Of a DNA stretch of 64,000 nucleotides, positions 57,257 to 64,000 are shown one piece after another. The notes beneath the pieces were generated by a model that saw only the letters and a list, made by a program, of their open reading frames with translations, had not been told where the DNA came from and made no database searches. The stretch lies in IMG/VR virus record IMGVR_UViG_3300043425_000245, one strand, 5' to 3'. This stretch comes from a virus (lineage: Duplodnaviria; Heunggongvirae; Uroviricota; Caudoviricetes). Position 1 is the stretch's first letter. Every line of letters starts with the position of its first letter. The translations under genes and the position numbers were made by a program.

Positions 57257-58497
57257 TGGCTGCTATTAACCTTAGACGAGACAAGGAAAGACCTCTAACA
57301 ATCGAAGAAGTAGATAATAACTTCGACGCGATTAACAGAGAGGTTGGCACTAAACTAGATACAGAATCTTTCAATGCTGAAAACATCTTATCTGTTTTAG
57401 ATGGTAACGCAGGTTTAGGGTCTGGTTTGGATGCGGATTTAGTCCGTGGTAAAACTCCAACAACTCAAGCTGTACCAGACACTTCAGTTCTTAGAGATTC
57501 TCTTGGTAACATTAATGCAAACCAGTTTTATGGTTTGCACGTCGGTGACGTTCTAGGCGACGTTCAAGGTGTTGTTACTGGCGCTCTTATCGGTAACTCT
57601 ACAAACGTTGATGGTGTGGTACAAGTGGACCACGGTGGTACTGGTGCAACTACACCATCAGCTGCCCGAACAAACCTTGGTCTTGGTTCTATCTCTACAC
57701 AGAATAAAAACACTGTAGATATTACTGGTGGTTCTATCACTGGTATTACTGACTTAGCAATCGCGGATGGTGGTACTGGTGCTTCTACAAAAGAAGGTGC
57801 TCGTTCAAACCTTGGTTTGGTTATCGGTCAAGATATTCAAGCCTATGCTGCTATTCTTGGTGGTATCAGCGCAACTATTGGCGATGGTTTGGTTGTTAGA
57901 ACTGCAACAAATACTTCTGTTATTAGAAAGTTTGTTGAGGGTAACTCTATTGAAATTACTAACGAAACTGGTAAAGACGGCGACATTACTATTGGTTTGA
58001 CTCTAGTCCCAACAGTAACTGCTATCACTAAGGGTGGCACTAATGCCTCTGGTGATATTGGCCAAGCGGATAACCGTTTTGGCGGTGCACACCTTACTAG
58101 CGTTGGTGTTGGTATTGGTGCTTCTGGCACAGCTGGTGAAGTTAGAGCAACAAATAACATTACTGCTTTTTATTCTTCTGACGCTTCATTAAAAGAAAAT
58201 ATTCAAGATGTACGAAACCCTCTTGATATTGTATGCGCTATCGGTTCTAAGACTTTCGATTGGACTGATGAATACATCAAAGAGCATGGCGGAGAAGATG
58301 GTTACTTTGTTACAAAGTCTGATTTCGGCGTTGTTGCCCAAGACGTTTTAAAAGTATTCCCACAAGCAGTAAGAAAAAGAGAGAACGGTACTCTTGCAGT
58401 AGACTATGAAAAGTTAGCAACGCTATCATTTGGCGCTGTTAAAGAATTAAAATTTCAGCTTGATATGATCAAAAAGCATATCGGAATGGAAGAGTAA
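57256..58497 (+). CDS. tail fibre protein with C-terminal intramolecular chaperone (peptidase S74-like)
   Basis: K..PLT.EEVDxNF N-terminus; SSDxxLKENI..FDW..GVxAQDV..P.AV..VDYEKL. Confidence 0.88.
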   Translation: MAAINLRRDKERPLTIEEVDNNFDAINREVGTKLDTESFNAENILSVLDGNAGLGSGLDADLVRGKTPTTQAVPDTSVLRDSLGNINANQFYGLHVGDVLGDVQGVVTGALIGNSTNVDGVVQVDHGGTGATTPSAARTNLGLGSISTQNKNTVDITGGSITGITDLAIADGGTGASTKEGARSNLGLVIGQDIQAYAAILGGISATIGDGLVVRTATNTSVIRKFVEGNSIEITNETGKDGDITIGLTLVPTVTAITKGGTNASGDIGQADNRFGGAHLTSVGVGIGASGTAGEVRATNNITAFYSSDASLKENIQDVRNPLDIVCAIGSKTFDWTDEYIKEHGGEDGYFVTKSDFGVVAQDVLKVFPQAVRKRENGTLAVDYEKLATLSFGAVKELKFQLDMIKKHIGMEE

Positions 58498-58506
58498 GGA
58501 ACGTAA

Positions 58507-59775
58507 ATGCCAATTATTACATCACGTATCACATCAGGTAATGACGTAACAGTCAAGGGTACGCCATTAACAAACGCTGAAATCGACGCTAACTTTATTG
58601 GCATTAACGATGCCATTCGCTTGACTGAAGACTTAACTGGTTTTGTTGATAGAACTAGCAGCACAATATCTTTCAATGACAGCAATAGAACTGTCACCCT
58701 AGCACCTGTTGCTTCTGAGTTTGACGTACATTGGAGAGGTAGAAAGATTACAATTTCTTCAACTCTTAATCTTCAATTATCAACCGCAAACGGTGGGCGA
58801 TATATTACCATAAACCCTGACACTGTTCAGTTAGAAGATTCTGGCGCAATGATTGATGTTAAAGATTACATCACAGTGGCTTATGTTTATTGGGACGGTT
58901 CTACTGCAATTATTTTCGGCGACGAAAGACACTCTGCTTCAAGAGATACTCAATGGCATTATTCTAAGCACACTGAAGTTGGTGCTGTTTGGGTTGATGG
59001 TGGAGATATCTCTTACACTCTAAACAATCAATCAGCTGTTACTCTTGGATTTACAAATCTGGTAATCGCCGACGAGGATATTGAGCACAGTATCAATCAC
59101 GCACTTGTTCCAAACGGTTACTATGAACAGATTCTAAACGCTAACGCATTGTTACCAACAGTATATTACAACGGAACTTCGTACCTACAAGTTGCCGCAT
59201 CTTCTACTCCATGGTTGGCTGGAACAACTGCAAGATACAACAGAATCGTCAACGGTAACGGTTCTCTTGTTGAGGCTGGTGAAGGTGCTTTCGTAAACTA
59301 CTGGATTATCGCAACTAATGATATGAGATACCCAGTAAAGGTATTGATGGGCAGAGCGATTCACGGCAGCTTAATGAGCGCATTCGGCGAAACAATTGAC
59401 GGTTATGATTTACCATTTGAAGAGATTGTAGTGTTGTACCAAGTAACTTTAAATACAAGTTCTGCTTATACAATCAACTCTGCTAAATCTGTTATCGCTT
59501 CTGTTAAGCGTGTTTCTGGTCCAGCTGATAATACTAAGCGAACAACTATGCATGGTTTCACCCACGCAGGTTTAACTGGTAATAATTCTGATGATCACTT
59601 ACAATATTTGCACATTTCTAACTCCAGAACAATTTCTGCTGCCCACACATTTAACGGAGTTCAAACTTTCACTAGCGGTATTAAGATTAACGTAAAACCA
59701 ACTGTTAATTATGATGGCGCAAACAAACAATACGTGGATCAGCAAGCATTATTAATGGCTTTTTTAAATGCTTAA
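58507..59775 (+). CDS. tail fibre / structural protein
   Basis: KGTPLTNAEIDANF N-terminus; beta-rich; DDHxQY and ANKxYVD fibre motifs. Confidence 0.75.
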   Translation: MPIITSRITSGNDVTVKGTPLTNAEIDANFIGINDAIRLTEDLTGFVDRTSSTISFNDSNRTVTLAPVASEFDVHWRGRKITISSTLNLQLSTANGGRYITINPDTVQLEDSGAMIDVKDYITVAYVYWDGSTAIIFGDERHSASRDTQWHYSKHTEVGAVWVDGGDISYTLNNQSAVTLGFTNLVIADEDIEHSINHALVPNGYYEQILNANALLPTVYYNGTSYLQVAASSTPWLAGTTARYNRIVNGNGSLVEAGEGAFVNYWIIATNDMRYPVKVLMGRAIHGSLMSAFGETIDGYDLPFEEIVVLYQVTLNTSSAYTINSAKSVIASVKRVSGPADNTKRTTMHGFTHAGLTGNNSDDHLQYLHISNSRTISAAHTFNGVQTFTSGIKINVKPTVNYDGANKQYVDQQALLMAFLNA

Positions 59776-59780
59776 TTCTA

Positions 59781-59787
59781 CTAAATA
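59781..59787 (+). promoter_or_regulatory. late-promoter-like motif
   Basis: CTAAATA before the fibre-tip operon. Confidence 0.55.
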
Positions 59788-59810
59788 ACTAAGTATAATT
59801 GGAGAAATAA

Positions 59811-60134
59811 ATGGCAACTGGAAGATTAGGCACTGCTAACATTACTACTGCTGCAACATATTTTACACCATACGTCGTACCAACTGACACATTCACTATG
59901 TGTTCAATTTCTGTTTGTAACAGAGGTAACTCAGACGCTGGTATTAGAATCGCTTTAGCAGCTTCTACAACACCAACTGACGACGAGTGGATTGAATACA
60001 ACGTTGCTATCGCTGGTGGCGGTGTATTGGAACGAACTGGCGTACTATTGAGCGCTGGACAAAGAATCATTGTATGGTCAAGCACACCGAACGTTAGCGT
60101 TGTAGTTGTCGGTGTAGAAACATCAACACTATAA
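59811..60134 (+). CDS. small structural protein
   Basis: MATGRLG..SxSxCNR..IRIA..IEY..GVLERTG motif common in fibre modules. Confidence 0.75.
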   Translation: MATGRLGTANITTAATYFTPYVVPTDTFTMCSISVCNRGNSDAGIRIALAASTTPTDDEWIEYNVAIAGGGVLERTGVLLSAGQRIIVWSSTPNVSVVVVGVETSTL

Positions 60135-60145
60135 TAGGATAAAAT

Positions 60146-60475
60146 ATGGGACGCTTTTTAACATCACAAGGTACTTTAGGTATTGTTCTAAAAGAGAACA
60201 TCACTACTTCACAAAGTATTAACGCTAACGATAGAATTTTAGCCAACACAGCAGGTGGTGCTATCACTTTAACATTACCAGCTGTTCCGTTGGTAAATGA
60301 CATGGTTCAAATCATTGACGTTGGTAACGTAGCTGCAACTAACAAAATCACAGTAGCAAGAAACGGTAACAAGATTCAAGGTCTAAACGAAGATTTAACT
60401 ATTGACTTGAACGGTTCTGTTACATCTTTAATCTTTACTGGTGCAACATACGGTTGGGTTTACGCTGCTGTTTAA
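60146..60475 (+). CDS. tail-fibre-associated small protein
   Basis: NTAGGAITLTLP..VxIID..N.ITVARNG.KIQG..DL..GW. Confidence 0.8.
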   Translation: MGRFLTSQGTLGIVLKENITTSQSINANDRILANTAGGAITLTLPAVPLVNDMVQIIDVGNVAATNKITVARNGNKIQGLNEDLTIDLNGSVTSLIFTGATYGWVYAAV

Positions 60476-60493
60476 TATAATAAGGATAGAATC

Positions 60494-61477
60494 GTGGCTT
60501 CATTATCACAATTATTAGAATCAAAAAGAGGCACATTCACTTCCGCAGAAGAAAACATTGAACAGGGTCAGATTTGGGTTTACACATCTCCTGCTCAGTA
60601 CACGGGTTATTGGAACAACTTCTGTTGGCAAGCGCCAGGGTGTGGTCACGTAACAGTTGAAGTTTGGGGAGCCTCTGGTTCCAGCGCTAAAATGTGCTGT
60701 TGCGGCTTTGGATTGCCAGGAAACCCAGGAGCATATGCTAAGAAAACAATTCACGTTCAACCAGGAGACTGGCTATGTGGAGACGTTGGTAAAGCGTGTA
60801 ACAACTCAAACGATCTATGTTTCCGTGGATGTTCTTCTCCAAGCTGGGTAGGCTGGACTGGAAGAGATTGCAGAGGTAATACTTCAGGATATATCTGCGC
60901 GCAAGGTGGTAAGGGTGGTGTCACTCTATGTTCTACTGGAACTTCTGCCACTTGCTGTTTTGGATTACAAGGTTTCTGCACTACATTGTACCCGTATGGT
61001 TGCGTATATGCCAGCGTTGTATGTAATACATGTCCAGGAGCTTGGATGCCAACAGCCAGCGGTGGTGATGTAAACTGCTGTGGTGGTTTCTCTTGTGCTT
61101 CGTTTATGTTATGCGCACCAGAATGTATGTGTACATATCACTACCACTTATCAACATCTCCAGGATTGTATGCTAAAGATGGTGGTGTTGCCACTCACAC
61201 AGTAGAAAACAATAACGAATTTGCAAACTGGTCTGGACAAGGGCACAGCCAAGCATTATCTGCAATTAATGCGCTAGGAAGATTCCCTTCTCAGTCAAAT
61301 AACTGGGCTTCTTGCTGGGGCTTCTCTGGTCAGTGCGGGTGTTACGACTCTGATGGTTGTACTCGCGCCATGCCAGTTGGTGTCCCAGGAACTGCACCAC
61401 ACCCATGTGCTGGTGTTCGCGATCACGCTCATACTGGTGGTAGCGGTGCTGTACGAATCAAATTTATTGCGGGATAA
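60494..61477 (+). CDS. Cys/Gly-rich fibre-tip (adhesin-like) protein, copy 1
   Basis: GTG start; EVWGASG..MCCC..GxxGAY.KK..GAVRIKF glycine-rich fold. Confidence 0.8.
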   Translation: MASLSQLLESKRGTFTSAEENIEQGQIWVYTSPAQYTGYWNNFCWQAPGCGHVTVEVWGASGSSAKMCCCGFGLPGNPGAYAKKTIHVQPGDWLCGDVGKACNNSNDLCFRGCSSPSWVGWTGRDCRGNTSGYICAQGGKGGVTLCSTGTSATCCFGLQGFCTTLYPYGCVYASVVCNTCPGAWMPTASGGDVNCCGGFSCASFMLCAPECMCTYHYHLSTSPGLYAKDGGVATHTVENNNEFANWSGQGHSQALSAINALGRFPSQSNNWASCWGFSGQCGCYDSDGCTRAMPVGVPGTAPHPCAGVRDHAHTGGSGAVRIKFIAG

Positions 61478-61480
61478 AAT

Positions 61481-62452
61481 ATGGCATCATTAAGACAAAG
61501 TTTATTAACAAAGTATGATACTATTGTTAACAATGAACAGAACTTAGAAACTGGTAGAATTTGGGTTTATAACGAAGCTACTGTTAGAACAAAGTTCTAT
61601 AACTGCTGGTGCTGGAAATCACCAGGTGTTGGTAAAGCTGTTATCGAAGCATGGGGTGCTGGCGGTTCTGCTGCACGTATGTGTTGCTGCGGTTCTGGTC
61701 TACCAGGAAACTCTGGTGCATACTCAAAGAAGACTATCTGTGTAGACGCTAACTCTAATATTAGAGGGTGTAACGGTTGGTCTTGTGGTAACTCTCAAGA
61801 CCTCTGTTTCCGTGGTTGCTCCGAACCAACAATGTTATGTTGGTGTGTAAACGCATCGTGCAATGGTTGCATGTGCGCTCAAGGTGGTATGGGCGGTTCA
61901 TCATTCTGTTCTACTGGTACTTCAATGTATTGCTGCTTCGGCGGTAACGGTTTTTGTGTTACTAAAACACTGAACGAAAACTGCGGTGTTGTTTGTAACT
62001 TTGGTACTGCTAGACCACATATCGCTTGCGCTTATGGTGGCGATGTTAACTGCTGCGGACAATTCAACTGTAAGAGTTTCTTTGGTTGCTATCCTAACTG
62101 CGTTTGCCAATTCCAACAACACATCTACGTCCCTCCAGGATTAATATCAGATGGCGGAGCTTGGTTGACATTTAACCACGAAGACTCTGGTACTTGGGAA
62201 ACATGGACAGGTTCAGGATTGGGTGGTTTCTTTACTGCTCTTGATGGAGCTTCTAAGAACCCAACAGCTGGTCACCCATATTCTGCGTGCTGGACAGGTA
62301 ACAGAGCTTGCGGTTGCTATGAAGCCATGGGATGTGTCGGTTTTATTCCAACTGGTATTGGTGGTGTTGGCACTAACGCTTGTCCAGATCACAGAACTGC
62401 TGGATATCGTGGCGGTCAAGGTGCTGTACGAATTAAATTTATTGCGGGATAA
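61481..62452 (+). CDS. Cys/Gly-rich fibre-tip protein, copy 2
   Basis: Collinear paralogue: EAWGAGG..MCCC..GAVRIKFIAG. Confidence 0.8.
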   Translation: MASLRQSLLTKYDTIVNNEQNLETGRIWVYNEATVRTKFYNCWCWKSPGVGKAVIEAWGAGGSAARMCCCGSGLPGNSGAYSKKTICVDANSNIRGCNGWSCGNSQDLCFRGCSEPTMLCWCVNASCNGCMCAQGGMGGSSFCSTGTSMYCCFGGNGFCVTKTLNENCGVVCNFGTARPHIACAYGGDVNCCGQFNCKSFFGCYPNCVCQFQQHIYVPPGLISDGGAWLTFNHEDSGTWETWTGSGLGGFFTALDGASKNPTAGHPYSACWTGNRACGCYEAMGCVGFIPTGIGGVGTNACPDHRTAGYRGGQGAVRIKFIAG

Positions 62453-62455
62453 AAT

Positions 62456-63433
62456 ATGGCGATTTCATTAAGATCAGCTTTACGAGATAGACATCCACAA
62501 GAGTCTAGAATCGAAGAAAACTTAGAAACTGGTACAGTGTATATGTACACTGGCGGCACATCTAGTGCTAACCTGTGGTCAGGTTTCTGTTGGAGAGCAC
62601 CTGCAGCTGGTACAGCTGTTATCGAAGCATGGGGTGCTGGTGGACCAGGATCCCGTATGTGCTGCTGCGGGTTCGGACTTCCAGGAAACTCTGGTGCTTA
62701 TTCTAAGAGAACAATTACAGTAGCTCCAGGATGTTATGTTTGCGGTACAACTGGCAACCCACCATGCTCATCTAGCTTATGTTTCCAAGGTTGTGGTGAT
62801 GCAACTGGTCTTTGCTGGTTCGGTAACGGTGGGGCTTCTGGATGTATGTGTGCAGAAGGTGGTAAAGGTGGTGTATCTATCTGTTCAACTACACCTTCTT
62901 TTTATTGCTGCTTTATTGCTAACGGCTTCTGTGGCAACAGAAAGAACCTACCAGACCAATGCGGTGTTATCTGTAACTACTGCCCAGGTATGTGGATTGG
63001 TTGTGCATATGGTGGCCAAACAAATATTAACAGTTTATTCAGCTGTGTTGAAACACGTCAGTGTTTACCAAACTGCCAATGTTATAACATCAACCATGTA
63101 CCAGTACCTGCAGGTTTATTCACGACGCAAGGTAGTTGGGTAGTTTATGAACCTGACTCTGACGGTAACGATGGTCCAGGACACTGGTCTGGTAACCAAT
63201 ACCCATCTTTCATCTCTGCTATGAGTGCTCTATCTAGAAACCCAAAGCGTGGATCACACAAGTATTCTTGCTGGCGTTCTGATAAAGTTTGCGGATGTTA
63301 TGAAATGACAGGTTGTCAAGCTCTATTACCTATTGGCGTTGGTGGTCTTCCACCACAGCCGTGCCCTGATGTTCGTGACCACGGTTTCCGTGGCGGCTGG
63401 GGTGCTGTACGAATCAAGTTTATTGCAAGTTAA
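62456..63433 (+). CDS. Cys/Gly-rich fibre-tip protein, copy 3
   Basis: Collinear paralogue: EAWGAGG..MCCC..GAVRIKFIAS. Confidence 0.8.
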   Translation: MAISLRSALRDRHPQESRIEENLETGTVYMYTGGTSSANLWSGFCWRAPAAGTAVIEAWGAGGPGSRMCCCGFGLPGNSGAYSKRTITVAPGCYVCGTTGNPPCSSSLCFQGCGDATGLCWFGNGGASGCMCAEGGKGGVSICSTTPSFYCCFIANGFCGNRKNLPDQCGVICNYCPGMWIGCAYGGQTNINSLFSCVETRQCLPNCQCYNINHVPVPAGLFTTQGSWVVYEPDSDGNDGPGHWSGNQYPSFISAMSALSRNPKRGSHKYSCWRSDKVCGCYEMTGCQALLPIGVGGLPPQPCPDVRDHGFRGGWGAVRIKFIAS

Positions 63434-63448
63434 TAAAAGGAATTAACC

Positions 63449-64000
63449 ATGAAAAAGAATTTTACATTTATTCTACCAGACGAACCATACACAGATAAGA
63501 CTGAGTTGAATCAAACAATCAACGCAGTGTATGAAGGACCAAGATACCTTCTATGTAGAGTTAACCAAACAACTAACATCGTTGAAGGTGTTGTTCGCGA
63601 AGCTGACGATTTGTCTGCGTTTGAGAATATGCCACAAGAGCAAGGTTATAATTATGTTACAGTTGACGCAAATATCAATCCATTTGAAGCAGCGTATCTA
63701 ACTGACTATTACACTCACGACTTAATCGAAGACCCAACTTTCGTATTACCACGTGGCTTGGGTGAGTGGACTTATCACTACGATGATTACACTGGTGGTA
63801 TCAACCAAGCGTTTTACCAGTTTACTTTGAAGTATGAAGGTGGTGTATTCATTAAACCACAATATCGTTTACACGCTCTTTCTCGCGAAAGTGTGATGGC
63901 TGCTGCAAAACTTAATGCAAGCAACATCAGAGAAGCATTAAAGATTACTGACGACAGCTACACAGCCGAAGAGCGTAAGACTCTTGAAGACTATGCTGAA
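63449..64000 (+). CDS. hypothetical protein, possibly fibre assembly chaperone (truncated by window end)
   Basis: AAGGA SD; manually read open frame MKKNFTFILPDEPY.. to the end of the window. Confidence 0.7.
   Translation, partial: MKKNFTFILPDEPYTDKTELNQTINAVYEGPRYLLCRVNQTTNIVEGVVREADDLSAFENMPQEQGYNYVTVDANINPFEAAYLTDYYTHDLIEDPTFVLPRGLGEWTYHYDDYTGGINQAFYQFTLKYEGGVFIKPQYRLHALSRESVMAAAKLNASNIREALKITDDSYTAEERKTLEDYAE

Noticed and set aside
60494-63433. Diversity-generating retroelement target
   Set aside because: No reverse transcriptase in the window and no template/variable repeat pair differing mainly at adenines was seen.

Overview
64 kb segment of a large T4-like myophage genome. Positions 1-16 kb hold small early genes driven by a repeated sigma70-type promoter cassette, including an Acb1/57B-like phosphodiesterase, an RNA ligase, GP88, a SLOG protein and an AAA+ ATPase. 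This part also has an iteron-like repeat, a divergent promoter pair and three apparently leaderless genes. Positions 16-28.5 kb hold PhoH, an exonuclease, a circularly permuted two-piece tmRNA (tag ANDEVFALAA), a cell-wall hydrolase, ClpP and genes 33, 59 and 32. They also hold a late-promoter cassette of a radical SAM/SPASM enzyme, an Asn-Cys-repeat protein and four Fe(II)/2OG-type oxygenases. Positions 28.5-64 kb hold tail and baseplate genes (tape-measure-like, 51, 26, 16, 54, 2, 4, 48, 53, hub, 5, 25, 6, 7, 8, DUF4815, fibres), ending in three tandem Cys/Gly-rich paralogues. Best candidate for an undescribed system: the radical SAM + NC-repeat protein + oxygenase cassette, read as RiPP-like modification of a virion protein (inference). 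Other strong observations are the permuted tmRNA and a probable -1 frameshift joining gene 26 to gene 51. The tmRNA tag resembles betaproteobacterial tags, which hints at the host (inference). All family calls come from motif recognition by eye; no searches were run.
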